Below are positions 26,896 to 37,485 of a stretch of DNA of 64,000 nt, one piece after another (within the stretch, counting starts at the first letter, position 1; the number at the start of each line of letters is the position of its first letter). Source of the stretch: Flavobacteriales bacterium. Lineage in GTDB: Bacteria; Bacteroidota; Bacteroidia; Palsa-965. The stretch is taken from the NCBI GenBank assembly GCA_040377305.1, contig JBEIPA010000007.1, forward strand, positions 163,880-227,879. The letters are read 5' to 3'. A model generated the notes under the pieces. It made no database searches. It was not told the origin of the DNA and saw only the letters and a list, made by a program, of their open reading frames with translations. The position numbers and the translations under genes are program-made.

Positions 26896-28509
26896 ATGAA
26901 AATTTCTTTAGGGGAAAAGTATCATCGCTGGATTTACGTCCTGAGCCTGTTCGCTATTGCGTTCGGGCTTTCCGTTTCGAAGGTGGTGATCAGTCTCGGC
27001 ACAATGCTTCTCGTTCTAAACTGGATTTGGGAAGGCGATTTTGCCGCGAAATGGCGTTTGCTTCAGGCCCGAAAATCTGTTTTCGTACTCATCGCCATTT
27101 TTGTTTTGCATTTGCCTTCCATGTTGTGGACTTCCGATCCGCATGAAGGCTGGAATGACATACGCATCAAGCTTCCGTTACTCATTATTCCGATTATTCT
27201 TGGAATGTCGGCACCACTCATGAGAAAGCAATTCGAAGCGATTCTGATCATGTTCGGTATCGGCGTATTGATTGCAAGTGTGCGAACGATGCTCATTGTG
27301 AAAGGTGTCATCCACAAGGAATTCGCCGACATACGTGAAGCATCCGATCTCGTGCCATTGATTCGTCTCGCTTTATTTTCCGCGTTGACAATCATGTTCT
27401 GCGGCAGATGGTTCATGCGATCGGAGAAGATTGGGGTGAAGATTGCCTGCATCGTCGTTTCTGCATGGCTGTTCTATTTCATGATCTTCATGCAGTCGCT
27501 CACCGGACTAATTGTGTTGCTTGCATCTACAGTGCTCATTGCAATCATCATGGCGGCATTGCATCGGAAAAAGAAAATTCTGTTTGTTATGCTCGGAGCA
27601 ATAGTTCTTGTGCTCAGCATCGCAGGATTTTACGTGAAGCGCGCGTACGACGATTTCTATGCACTACGGGGAAATGAATATCCCGAACTGTTCGTATCCA
27701 CGGTGAACGGGCAGCATTATTGGCACAACATGGATGTTCCGATGTACGAGAACGGAAATCGCGTGATGGTTAATCTTGCGTGGATCGAATTGGAAAGTGG
27801 CTGGAACAAGCGCAGTCCGATTCCATTCTGGGGCGGAAGAGATATCAAAGGAAATCTGATTCAGACAACACTGCCTCGTTACATGGCGTCAAAAGGTTTG
27901 ATGCGCGATTCAGTTGGAATGGAGTCGCTCACACCGGAAGATATAAAAGCTGTGGAAGGTGGATCAACCAACTACAAAGATGCGGAACGAAATCCGCTCG
28001 AGTGGCGGGCGTATCAGGTTTTCTGGGAATTGTATAACTACACTGCGGGCGGAAATCCAAGCGGTAGTTCCATTGCAATGCGACTTGTGACGAGTGGCGC
28101 CGCTCTCAATGCAATCGGAAATCATCCTTGGATAGGAACAGGTGTTGGCAGCCAGAAAAATACTTACGACCACTATTATACGGAACACGGAACGCGACTC
28201 GAAGAAAAATACCAGTGGCTGCATGCGCACAATCAATTTCTTTCTCTCGCTGTTACGCTGGGAATCCCGGTGACGTTGTATTTTATTTTCGCGTTGTGGT
28301 GGCCCGCAAGTAACATGCGTCGCTGGAGAAGTTATCTCTATCTCGCGTTTTTCATCATCGTGGTGTTGTCGTTCCTCGATGACGATACGCTGGAAACACA
28401 ACAAGGTGCAACCTTCTTCGCATTCTTCAACTGCTTGTTGCTCTACGCTATGCCGTTTGTAGCTTCGGTGACGAAAGGGAAGAACGTTTCGCCAGAAGAT
28501 CCCATGTAA
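26896..28509 (+). CDS. O-antigen ligase (WaaL/Wzy_C)-family membrane protein
   Basis: Many TM helices, large periplasmic loop, SIAMRL...HPWIGTGVG...HAHNQFL..AVTLG. The ATG at 26896 is preferred because the extension to 26737 runs through a repeat. Confidence 0.85.
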   Translation: MKISLGEKYHRWIYVLSLFAIAFGLSVSKVVISLGTMLLVLNWIWEGDFAAKWRLLQARKSVFVLIAIFVLHLPSMLWTSDPHEGWNDIRIKLPLLIIPIILGMSAPLMRKQFEAILIMFGIGVLIASVRTMLIVKGVIHKEFADIREASDLVPLIRLALFSALTIMFCGRWFMRSEKIGVKIACIVVSAWLFYFMIFMQSLTGLIVLLASTVLIAIIMAALHRKKKILFVMLGAIVLVLSIAGFYVKRAYDDFYALRGNEYPELFVSTVNGQHYWHNMDVPMYENGNRVMVNLAWIELESGWNKRSPIPFWGGRDIKGNLIQTTLPRYMASKGLMRDSVGMESLTPEDIKAVEGGSTNYKDAERNPLEWRAYQVFWELYNYTAGGNPSGSSIAMRLVTSGAALNAIGNHPWIGTGVGSQKNTYDHYYTEHGTRLEEKYQWLHAHNQFLSLAVTLGIPVTLYFIFALWWPASNMRRWRSYLYLAFFIIVVLSFLDDDTLETQQGATFFAFFNCLLLYAMPFVASVTKGKNVSPEDPM

Positions 28510-29608
28510 TCCAGAACCAGATTACAACCGGCATCAGCGCTTTCAACGCGTATGGGTTGATGATGTTTTCCCGCACGTACTTCGGAAATAAATCAGAAGG
28601 CGACATCGCCACGAGTAAAAACGCAAGCAACATCACCATTTTTCGCGCACTGGTTTTTTCGCCCATGATGAACCAGATTGCAATTCCACCCAATGCAATG
28701 CAATACGTCGGCGATTCTGCTTTGTGATTGAAGATGACTACCCAAATCAAAATGGAGCAGAGGTAGAGTAAACGGAAGTTAAAATCACTCCACGCTTTGA
28801 TTCTTGCAAGTGGCGCAAGCAGCAGAATAATTCCAGGAATGATGTAGAAAGCATCACTCACTTTCAGTCCTACCGTGCGTTCCATCAAGGTCATAAAGGA
28901 AAAATTCTGAGCATGTGCCGGATCGTTTCCGAGAAGCTGCAACCAGTTTTGGTATTGGATCACGAGTTCATTCCACGAAACAACCAGTAATGGAAGTACA
29001 CCCATTACGACAACGAAAACTGCTCCTGCAACGATCGATTTGATTTTGTCCGGATAAAACAACAACAGCACCGCTGCTACGGCCGCGAAAATCTTGATAT
29101 AAAATCCAAGACAGATCAGCAACATGGCTGGAACAACTTTTCCGTGCTCGAATAATGCGAATGCGCCAAGAATTAATCCAAGCATGAGTCCGTTGCTTTG
29201 TGAATTCTGCACAGAGCTGAGCAATTCAATCAACACAATAAACAGAATCAGGTTTTTCTGTTTTTGGGTGATGAAAAGCTTGTTCACCGCCCACACCGGC
29301 AAGAGCATATTCAGAAAGCTCCAGAAAATTAATCCGAGACAACGTGGCATTGCAGCAAACGGCGCCATGAAAAACGCGAACGTCGGACTGTACTTGAACA
29401 GATCGTAATGATCAGGAGAAGTTGCGTAGAGATTTACATTGCCGAGCAGATGATTCCACGAATACGCGAAGATGGTAAAGTTGTTGAACGAACCTTCTCC
29501 GAGAATCAAGCGATGAACACTCGCAACAAAAGCCAATACGGCGAACAACACCCACGGAAACCATTTGGTGAAAAGCCACGGAAAACGTTCTGCGAATGTT
29601 CTCTTCAT
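28448..29608 (-). CDS. GT87 / DUF2029-family membrane glycosyltransferase
   Basis: NNFTIF..SW..L...NLY...DLFKYSPTFA, SVQNSQSN, IKIF, IFNHKAESPTY; polytopic. Confidence 0.85.
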   Translation of the reverse strand: MKRTFAERFPWLFTKWFPWVLFAVLAFVASVHRLILGEGSFNNFTIFAYSWNHLLGNVNLYATSPDHYDLFKYSPTFAFFMAPFAAMPRCLGLIFWSFLNMLLPVWAVNKLFITQKQKNLILFIVLIELLSSVQNSQSNGLMLGLILGAFALFEHGKVVPAMLLICLGFYIKIFAAVAAVLLLFYPDKIKSIVAGAVFVVVMGVLPLLVVSWNELVIQYQNWLQLLGNDPAHAQNFSFMTLMERTVGLKVSDAFYIIPGIILLLAPLARIKAWSDFNFRLLYLCSILIWVVIFNHKAESPTYCIALGGIAIWFIMGEKTSARKMVMLLAFLLVAMSPSDLFPKYVRENIINPYALKALMPVVIWFWITWDLLAKRSSLSSPKLQTA

Positions 29609-30423
29609 GGTTTTGCCGTTTTCCGCAGATCACGAAGTTTAGTGTACTTCAGCCAGGTTTCCCAGGCGGCAATTTTGCAGATGATATATCCGTTTTTCCC
29701 ATCGAGAAATCCTGCGTTGATGATGTAGTTACGCACAAACTTCGCCCAGCATTTAAACATCGCGTGCAGTGTGTTCGAACTTTTTCCTTTGGCGTGAAGT
29801 GCTTTCGCTGCGATCGTAGAGAATTTTTCTGCCTGCTTGTAATGTTCTGCGATGGTGTAATAACTGTAGTGCAGGATGTTGCCCTTGAGATGAACTAAGA
29901 CAGGTTTATGAATACCGACTTTCTTTATAGTTTCGTCGGAAAGAACGGCGAGTATTTCAGCACTTTGCAATTCATATCGATCATGCGGATTTTCTCCGGT
30001 CCAATGTCCTTTTGTGCTATCGAACAATCGCAATTTAGTATCCGGATACCATCCGCAGTGTTTGATCCATTGTCCGCAGTAATTCGTCAAACGATTCATC
30101 GTGTAACCATCTGCAGTTTTGTTCGCTTTCACTTTCAGAATTTCCGCGATCAATGTTTCATCAGGAGCTTCATCTGCATCGAGAGAAAGCACAAACGGAT
30201 TTGTTGCAAACGTAATCGCACGATTTTTCTGCTCAATGTGTCCGTCAAACTTGTGCTGAAAAAACTGCGCACCTTTCGCACGACAGATTTCTTCGGTCAT
30301 GTCGGTCGAGAAAGAATCCAGCACCACAATTTCATCCGCAATGGTTTTCACCGAGTCGAGGCAACGTGCGATGTTGCGTTCTTCGTTGAAGGTGATTATT
30401 ACGACGGAAAGCGGAGTAGACAC
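29605..30423 (-). CDS. Glycosyltransferase family 2 (WaaE/KdtX-like)
   Basis: LSVVIITFNEERNI, DSFSTD, LDADE, GWYPD..LRLF, ILHYSY, GFLDG. Confidence 0.93.
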   Translation of the reverse strand: MSTPLSVVIITFNEERNIARCLDSVKTIADEIVVLDSFSTDMTEEICRAKGAQFFQHKFDGHIEQKNRAITFATNPFVLSLDADEAPDETLIAEILKVKANKTADGYTMNRLTNYCGQWIKHCGWYPDTKLRLFDSTKGHWTGENPHDRYELQSAEILAVLSDETIKKVGIHKPVLVHLKGNILHYSYYTIAEHYKQAEKFSTIAAKALHAKGKSSNTLHAMFKCWAKFVRNYIINAGFLDGKNGYIICKIAAWETWLKYTKLRDLRKTAKP

Positions 30424-30447
30424 AGTTTCAAAGATAAGCCGGAAAAA

Positions 30448-30640
30448 GGAACGCGGATTTTGCTGACCGTTGTTTTCTAACGGTGCCCTCGGATGAGCCC
30501 GGTAATTAGAAAGACCGCTCGTCGGATTTTATGAGATAGATTTGTTAGGCTTATCTCATAAAATCCAATACCGGAATGTTCAATTTACCAGAGTGATCCG
30601 AATGAAAGACTAACAAGTATCGGACATCGAAATCCGCGTT
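30448..30640. repeat. ~193-bp nested palindromic (MITE/REPIN-like) element, copy A
   Basis: ggaacgcggatttt ... ggattttatgagata-gatttgttaggct-tatctcataaaatcc ... aaatccgcgtt. Confidence 0.88.
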
Positions 30641-30651
30641 ATATTTACATC

Positions 30652-31548
30652 GTGACCGTTTCCCATTTGATAGCATCTTTGCAACAAGGCGACCGCAAAT
30701 CCCTCGCGCGCGCAATAACAATTGTGGAGAACGATCTCGACGGTGCACAAGAAATTTTGCTTTCACTGCAACTCGATAAAGCCGCTCCGGTAATTGGCGT
30801 TACGGGTCCTCCAGGTGCAGGAAAGAGCACACTCATCAGCGCACTCATTTCGAATTACAGCAAAGCGGGATTAAAAACTGCTGTGATCGCCGTTGATCCA
30901 ACTTCACCATTTACTTCCGGCTCATTGCTCGGCGATCGTTTGCGCATGACGGACCACTTCACCGATCCGAATGTGTTTATTCGTTCGCTTGCAACGCGTG
31001 GTTCACTCGGTGGACTCTCTGCAACAGCAATTGAGATCACAGATGTTATTCGCGCTTCCGGTTTCGATCGGGTGATTGTAGAAACGGTAGGTGTTGGTCA
31101 ATCGGAAGTGGAAATTGCCGGACTTGCCGACGTAACCGTTCTTGTTTTAGTTCCTGAAGGCGGAGACGACATTCAGGCGCTTAAGTCAGGAATTATGGAG
31201 ATCGCAGATGTGTATGTGATCAACAAAGCAGATCGTCCGGGTGCAGATTTATTCGCGAAAAATATACAGCACCTTGTTCACGGGACAACTGAAAATGAAA
31301 TTCGCCCGATGATCAAGACCGTTGCCTCAACCGGACAAGGAATTGACGAACTAATTGCTGCGATTGACTCAAAATCGGGTGCTCCGGCAAGCGCAAAACG
31401 CAAGAGTTTCCTCTTTACTGAGAAAGCGTGGAGGCTTATTAGTCAGAAGCGTATGAAAGACGTATCAAAGGCTGATTTGGCAGGTAAAATCGAATCTGCG
31501 GTTGAGAAAGGCAACTTTCAGCTCTATCAGTTCTGTCAGCAATTCTAG
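30652..31548 (+). CDS. meaB: Methylmalonyl-CoA mutase-associated GTPase MeaB/ArgK
   Basis: LARAITIVEN, GVTGPPGAGKST, AVDPTSPFTSGSLLGDRLRM, ETVGVGQSE, KSGIMEIAD, NKAD. Confidence 0.95.
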   Translation: MTVSHLIASLQQGDRKSLARAITIVENDLDGAQEILLSLQLDKAAPVIGVTGPPGAGKSTLISALISNYSKAGLKTAVIAVDPTSPFTSGSLLGDRLRMTDHFTDPNVFIRSLATRGSLGGLSATAIEITDVIRASGFDRVIVETVGVGQSEVEIAGLADVTVLVLVPEGGDDIQALKSGIMEIADVYVINKADRPGADLFAKNIQHLVHGTTENEIRPMIKTVASTGQGIDELIAAIDSKSGAPASAKRKSFLFTEKAWRLISQKRMKDVSKADLAGKIESAVEKGNFQLYQFCQQF

Positions 31549-31801
31549 GCTCATTTACCACATAGAATCATAGAAAATTCTTTGTTTGCTAAGCGAGCCG
31601 AGCAAGCTCGTCCGTCATAGTCCACAAGAGTCAAATCGCTGAGCGATTTTCTCCTGTGAACTATGTAATTCTTGAGTGACACAAGAAAACAACGGGCTAT
31701 GATCCTATGTGGTGAAAGAAAGCCTCTGTTTAAGTTGCGCAAATCCAAAAAAAGTGCGTTATTTTGATGGCAATTAAACCCACCCCCGGCGACCACAATC
31801 T

Positions 31802-32494
31802 ATGAATTGTCTGATTATCGACGACGACGAAATTGCACGCAAATCGGTTGAACACTGTATTGCGAAAACGGGATTTCTCACCCTTGAAGCTTCCTGTTCA
31901 GGTGTTTCTCAGGCGTTGGAAGTAATCCGTAGCCGTCCGGTGGATCTCATTTTTCTGGATGTAGAAATGCCGGAGATGAGCGGTATGGATTTCCTTCGCA
32001 CATTCAAGGACATTCCGCAGATCATTCTCATCACCGGAAAAAAAGAGTACGCTGCACAAGGTTTTGATTACGACGTAACCGATTTTCTGCTCAAGCCACT
32101 TGATTATCCGCGCTTTCTGAAAGCTGCAAATAAAGCGTTGCAGATTCACCAGTCACTCGAAGTGAAAGGTGAAGGTGGAGAAGATTCTCTTTTCATCAAG
32201 AAAGAATCATCGCGCTTCGTAAGGTTAACTTTCCGTGAAATTCAATACATCGAAGCACTCGCCGATTACGTGAATATTTACACCGCTGAAGGTCGCCATA
32301 CGATTTTGTCCACGATGAAAGCAATCGAAACAAAACTTCCGCAGCGCGACTTTATGCGCATTCACCGTTCGTTCATCATTCGCCTCGACAGAATCACTGA
32401 GATTGAGGAAAATGCAGTAACGATTGCAGGAAAATCAATTCCGATTTCGCGTTCGAACAAAGAGGACCTTTTTCGTCGCTTGAATCTGATTTAA
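31802..32494 (+). CDS. LytTR-family response regulator
   Basis: Receiver (DLIFLDVEMP) plus LytTR (IEALADYV...FMRIHRSFII). Confidence 0.95.
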   Translation: MNCLIIDDDEIARKSVEHCIAKTGFLTLEASCSGVSQALEVIRSRPVDLIFLDVEMPEMSGMDFLRTFKDIPQIILITGKKEYAAQGFDYDVTDFLLKPLDYPRFLKAANKALQIHQSLEVKGEGGEDSLFIKKESSRFVRLTFREIQYIEALADYVNIYTAEGRHTILSTMKAIETKLPQRDFMRIHRSFIIRLDRITEIEENAVTIAGKSIPISRSNKEDLFRRLNLI

Positions 32495-32510
32495 TTGGAT
32501 AAGGAGTTTT

Positions 32511-32743
32511 GGAACGCGGATTTTGATGACCGTTGTTTGCTAGTTCCACGCTCGGATCACTCTGCTAAACATCAAAAGTAAGTATTGGATTTTATAAGAT
32601 AAACTCAAACCTATCTCATAAAATCTAACTTCCTGCACGTTCTATTCACCGCACTGATCCGAGGGAAAGACTACCACGTCTCGTACATCAAAATCCGCGT
32701 TCCCCTTTCCGACTCAAAATCCGCATTCCAAAATCCGCGTTCC
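32511..32743. repeat. Nested palindromic element, copy B (32511-32703), plus two extra terminal-repeat copies
   Basis: ggaacgcggattttgatg ... ggattttataagata-aactcaaacc-tatctcataaaatct ... catcaaaatccgcgttcc, then aaaatccgcattcc and aaaatccgcgttcc to 32743. Confidence 0.88.
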
Positions 32744-32882
32744 TTTTTTCTCGTTAAAATTTCCTCACTCAGCCGGCTAATCGAACGCGTTTTACCGTTC
32801 GTCGGAAATCGCGTCCCGAGTGTCGGTTTCCTCCCGGAAATAAAAATATTTGCCCCACTTTTGTGCTCGAATCAACAGACAC

Positions 32883-33083
32883 ATGGGAGAAGACGTTTAC
32901 AGGCAGGAGTTGATTAAAGAAAAACGGGAGATGCAGATCACACTGATTCGTGAAACTCATCCGGTGTATACAGGATTTAATTTTTCCGCATACAGCGACC
33001 GCAAAGTAGAAGAAATGTATCGCGTATTGGTCATTAATGGATCTCAAGGTGGGAAGGATACGGGAGTGCTAACAAATGTGTAG
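32883..33083 (+). CDS. Possible small hypothetical protein (66 aa)
   Basis: ATG with A at -3, about 20 nt after a -7-like cacttttg, and followed by a hairpin. No recognisable motif. Confidence 0.3.
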   Translation: MGEDVYRQELIKEKREMQITLIRETHPVYTGFNFSAYSDRKVEEMYRVLVINGSQGGKDTGVLTNV

Positions 33084-33110
33084 GGGTTATGCTGTTTAGT
33101 ACTCTCGTTA

Positions 33111-33134
33111 GAAGGGTGTCCTCGGACACCCTTC
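33111..33134. repeat. Isolated perfect hairpin (REP-like or terminator)
   Basis: gaagggtgtc-ctcg-gacacccttc. Confidence 0.6.
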
Positions 33135-33340
33135 GTCGTTTTACCCATTGAACATTGACTGTTGAGCATTGAGCGTTGAACATTACGTCGCGATCACGTT
33201 ATGCTCGTCCCAAACTCCCGAGATCACGGGTATTGTACCACACCACTCCCATAGAACACCGGGAAACGCCAAACACTCAACGTATAATGCTCAATTTCCA
33301 ATAAAGGACAACTCCCATCTATTAAGTAACTTAGTCCTGA

Positions 33341-36300
33341 ATGGCCATCAATCTCCTTAAGAAACTTGCGCGACATCATCTGCCTGAGCGGTTGTTGTTC
33401 ATGACCATTACGGGCGGACTCATTTTCGACGGATTTATCAGCGGAACGATGAATCAGTTGTCGGACGAAACAATTCTTCGTGTTATACTCTCTGTCCTTA
33501 CCGGCGTTGCATTTCTCGCATCACTTGTGTTGAAGCTTGGAAGGCCCACCGTGCGCTGGATGGCTTACTGCGCCATTGCCATCCTCTTGTTATTCGCGTC
33601 TTTCATCTGCTACAAAAATGGGTTCAGTTTCGATGAAGCACTCACGTTCATAGGCGTGTATGTAATCTGCAGTATGTATTTCCGCACGTCGCGTGCCTTG
33701 CTGATATATCTTGGCACGGGACTCTTACTTGCAGCGTTCATGGCCTATGCAACTCCGGAACCGCAAGTTGATATCGTGAAATTTCTCATGCGATTATTCT
33801 TCGGTGGCGTGCTTGTGTATTGCTTGTCGTGGAGCACGCGATTGGTACAGGGACGACTTGTAAAAATTACTCAGGAGATTGAAGAGAAAAATCGTGCGTT
33901 GGATGAAACACGCGCGGTACTCGAAGAAAGACTAACGCGTGACCAATTGCTTGCGATGGTTGCCAGTCGCGCGAATGCAATTGTTATGATCACCGATCGC
34001 GATGACGAAATCGAGTGGGTGAATGAAGAGTTCACCAAGATCATGGGTTACACAGCGGAAGAAATCGTCGGACAGAAACCGGATATTTTTCGCGGACCAG
34101 AAACAGACCGGCAAGCTATTGCACGCATTCAGCAGAAGAAAGCAAACGGACGCGCCTTTCACGACGAGATTCTGAATTACAAGAAGAATGGTCAGGCGGT
34201 TTGGCTGCAGATGCACGTTACTCCGTTGCCGAACGATGCGGGCGAAGTTGATCACTACGTGGCCATCCAGGAAGATATTACAGAGAGCAAGAAAACTTCG
34301 GAAGCACTTCGCAACAGCCGTGAGCAATTACGTGCAGCCCAACAGCAAGCGAAAATCGGAAGTTGGGAATGGCAGGTTGGTAGCGATCACATGGTGTGCA
34401 GTGAAGAAATGTGTCGTGCGATCGGAATTACATACGCAGATCAAATTCCTGTTGCACACGTGCGCAGTCACATTCATCCGGAGGATATTCCGGTAGTGAC
34501 ACGCTCCATTGAAGATTCCATTCGTCGCCAATCGCCGTTCGAGCTCGATTGCAGAATGAATGTGCAGGGGCAAACGAAATACATCTACATCACCGGTCAG
34601 GCGAAAGAAGGCGAACTTGGAAAAACGGCTATGTTGTTCGGCACTGTGCAGGATATCACCGAACGCAAACGTATCGAAGAAGAAATGCGCGTTGCGGAGA
34701 AACAGTATCGTTCGCTCTTCGAGTACTCCCAGCACATGATTTGTATGCATGATCTCGAGGGAATTATTCTGTCCATCAATCCTTCGGGTGCACATACACT
34801 CGGTTATGAGCCGGAAGAATTGATCGGGCGACAAATCCGCAATTTGGTTCCTCCGCGTTATCACAAAGAGTTTAACGAATACATGGAGGAGATTCGCCAG
34901 AACGGTACACATTCCGGATTGATGCGAATGATTCTCCGCAACAATGAAGAAACGATCTGGATGTACTCGAACATTCGCCTGAATGATCCGGAAGGAAATC
35001 CGTTTGTGCTTTCAAGTAACGTAGAGATTACGAATCGTTACCTGATGGAGAAGGAATTGCGCGGTGCGAAGAAGCTTGCAGAAGAAGCGCTCATCTCCAA
35101 GGATCGTTTCGTGGCGAACATCAGTCACGAGTTGCGCACCCCAATGAATGCCATTGGTGGATTCACCGAACTGCTCAAAAAAACAAAGCTTACCGAGGAG
35201 CAGGATGAATATACCGACGCAATCGGTATGGCGACGGAGAATCTCACCGCGATGATCAATGACATTCTCGACATCGCAAAAATTGAAGCCGGTAAGATTG
35301 AGTTCGAACGCCGCGTATTCAACGTGCGTGATGTGATGCGCAAGACACATATTCTACTTTCACCGAAAGCCGATCAGAGCGGAATTAATTTCACCTGGAC
35401 CTGCGATGAGAATGTTCCGACGTATGTGGTGAGTGATGATTTGCGTCTCACCCAAATTCTCGTGAACCTCGTTGGCAATGCGGTGAAGTTTACTGCGAAA
35501 GGCTTTGTAAGCTTCGGTTGCGAAATCCGTGAAGAAACCGAAAAGCAAACCACACTGTTGTTCTGGATTGAAGATTCAGGCATTGGTATTCCGAAAGAAA
35601 AACTCAAAACTATTTTCGATCCGTTCACGCAGGTGTCTGGAGCATCGAACAGGAAATACGGCGGCACAGGTTTGGGTCTGACGATCGTAAAAGATCTCGC
35701 CGAGCTGCAGGGCGGAAAAGTACTCGTGCAGAGTGCGGAAGGAATCGGTTCCCGCTTCGAAGTGATTTTGCCCGTGGAGAAAATCGATCCAGGAATGGTG
35801 CAGCAGGTTGATACCGCGTTACAACCGCTCGATCATCCGGGAGAAATTCACGTGTTGCTGGTGGAAGATCATGCGCTCAATCAGCAACTCGCAATGCGAT
35901 TGATCAAAGATTTCGGTTTCACGGTTTCACTCGCAACGAACGGACGCAATGCCATCGAAGTTCTGAAGGAAGAAAAGTTCGATGTCATTCTCATGGATTT
36001 GCAGATGCCGGAGATGGATGGTTACGATACCACCGAATACCTGCGGAACAAAATGAACATCACAGCACCGATCATTGCATTGACCGCACATTCCTCTTCC
36101 GGAGAAAAGGAAAAGTGTCTCGCACTCGGCATGACCGATTACATGACGAAGCCGTACCGTTCGAAAGATTTATACTACAAGATCGTTCGCGCCATCAGTT
36201 CTTCTCCCGATGAAGTTCGTCAGCCTGAAGGTGATGAAATGCAGTATGCAACACCACTCAAAGCGCTTGCATCGGGTGACAGTGAATTTGAGCTGGAAAT

Positions 36301-36589
36301 GTTGGAGATGATGCTCAAGTCGTTCCCTGAAGATTTTGATCGCCTTGAACGTGCCGCAGAAACCAGTGATCTGCAAAGTTTAAAAACTGTTGCACACCGC
36401 ATGAAATCTTCTGTTGCACTAGCCGGTGAAAAGGAAGTTGCCGAATTGCTCAACGACATTCAGAACGCTACACTAGTTGACAACGGACTCAGCGACGACG
36501 TGATGGTGAAAGTGAAAACCATTCTCGATGGACGAGTGGGATTGATGGATAGGATTGGCGGGCAGGCAAGGGAAGTCGGGAAGAGGTAA
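33341..36589 (+). CDS. Hybrid sensor histidine kinase (TM, 3 PAS, HisKA, HATPase, REC, Hpt)
   Basis: About 5 TM helices; PAS/PAC ends (IQEDITE, TVQDITERK); ANISHELRTPMN; NLVGNAVKFT, DSGIGI, GGTGLGL; DVILMDLQMP; AHRMKSS. Confidence 0.95.
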   Translation: MAINLLKKLARHHLPERLLFMTITGGLIFDGFISGTMNQLSDETILRVILSVLTGVAFLASLVLKLGRPTVRWMAYCAIAILLLFASFICYKNGFSFDEALTFIGVYVICSMYFRTSRALLIYLGTGLLLAAFMAYATPEPQVDIVKFLMRLFFGGVLVYCLSWSTRLVQGRLVKITQEIEEKNRALDETRAVLEERLTRDQLLAMVASRANAIVMITDRDDEIEWVNEEFTKIMGYTAEEIVGQKPDIFRGPETDRQAIARIQQKKANGRAFHDEILNYKKNGQAVWLQMHVTPLPNDAGEVDHYVAIQEDITESKKTSEALRNSREQLRAAQQQAKIGSWEWQVGSDHMVCSEEMCRAIGITYADQIPVAHVRSHIHPEDIPVVTRSIEDSIRRQSPFELDCRMNVQGQTKYIYITGQAKEGELGKTAMLFGTVQDITERKRIEEEMRVAEKQYRSLFEYSQHMICMHDLEGIILSINPSGAHTLGYEPEELIGRQIRNLVPPRYHKEFNEYMEEIRQNGTHSGLMRMILRNNEETIWMYSNIRLNDPEGNPFVLSSNVEITNRYLMEKELRGAKKLAEEALISKDRFVANISHELRTPMNAIGGFTELLKKTKLTEEQDEYTDAIGMATENLTAMINDILDIAKIEAGKIEFERRVFNVRDVMRKTHILLSPKADQSGINFTWTCDENVPTYVVSDDLRLTQILVNLVGNAVKFTAKGFVSFGCEIREETEKQTTLLFWIEDSGIGIPKEKLKTIFDPFTQVSGASNRKYGGTGLGLTIVKDLAELQGGKVLVQSAEGIGSRFEVILPVEKIDPGMVQQVDTALQPLDHPGEIHVLLVEDHALNQQLAMRLIKDFGFTVSLATNGRNAIEVLKEEKFDVILMDLQMPEMDGYDTTEYLRNKMNITAPIIALTAHSSSGEKEKCLALGMTDYMTKPYRSKDLYYKIVRAISSSPDEVRQPEGDEMQYATPLKALASGDSEFELEMLEMMLKSFPEDFDRLERAAETSDLQSLKTVAHRMKSSVALAGEKEVAELLNDIQNATLVDNGLSDDVMVKVKTILDGRVGLMDRIGGQAREVGKR

Positions 36590-36590
36590 T

Positions 36591-37271
36591 TTACTTCACA
36601 GCCACCCCATACCCCAAATACTTCCAGCTCTGCGGAGTAATGTGATTAAAAAAGCCCCGATCCATTGCCGTCAGAAAATTTCGTTGACCTTCGTTTCTTC
36701 CGAATACAGAAAGCAATCCTGTAGTGTGAATTTTCTTCGAAGAGAATTGTGCGAGAAATTCTTCAAGCTCATTAACGGTCACATATCGCCAGGCAGAGCC
36801 CCAACCGGCACATCGGCTGCGCAATTTTCGGTGAAGTGAACTTGCAGTCAGATTTTCTGCGAAAAGTAATTTTCCACCAGGCTTCAGCGCTTTGTACATT
36901 TCATCAAATGCTTTTTGCTGTGCGGCTTTGTTGTTGCCGTAGCCGATTCCACCGATGATTGATTTGAAAACAATCACATCGAAATGATTCTCGTAGGGAA
37001 TGGAAGTTGCGTCAATGTCTTCGTAACGCACGAGGGAAGTAACATTGTGTTTGGTGTGCAGTGGTTCTGCTGTTGCTTGTGTTGCTCCTTGATCAGAGCA
37101 CACCACATGTTTCCCTTTCGAAGCGAGCCACAACGATAATCCACCCTGACGTGCACCGAGCTCAAGTGTGTTTTCGACTTTGCTCCAGTCTACTTCCTCA
37201 TCCCAGAATCGCAAAGCACGCGACCAGGTTGCGATGTCCCATTGGATGATGTCGGAGATGAGATTGGTCAT
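36591..37271 (-). CDS. Class I SAM-dependent methyltransferase
   Basis: LELGARQGG, IDATSIPY..FDVIVF, LKPGGKLLFAE. Confidence 0.9.
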   Translation of the reverse strand: MTNLISDIIQWDIATWSRALRFWDEEVDWSKVENTLELGARQGGLSLWLASKGKHVVCSDQGATQATAEPLHTKHNVTSLVRYEDIDATSIPYENHFDVIVFKSIIGGIGYGNNKAAQQKAFDEMYKALKPGGKLLFAENLTASSLHRKLRSRCAGWGSAWRYVTVNELEEFLAQFSSKKIHTTGLLSVFGRNEGQRNFLTAMDRGFFNHITPQSWKYLGYGVAVK

Positions 37272-37274
37272 AAT

Positions 37275-37471
37275 GGAACGCGGATTTTTATTTTATGTTG
37301 ATTGCTAGTTGTTCTCCCGGATGATCCTGCTTGAACTACAACTATCCTAATTTGATTTTATGAGATAAGCCTGGCAAATCTATCTCATAAAATCCAATAG
37401 CCAGACTTTTGATATACCTCTCTGATCCGACGGGAAAGTTAGCAAGGTTCGGACATCAAAATCCGCGTTCC
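37275..37471. repeat. Nested palindromic element, copy C
   Basis: ggaacgcggatttt ... gattttatgagata-agcctggcaaatc-tatctcataaaatc ... aaaatccgcgttcc. Confidence 0.88.
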
Positions 37472-37485
37472 AATTCCGCACGCCA

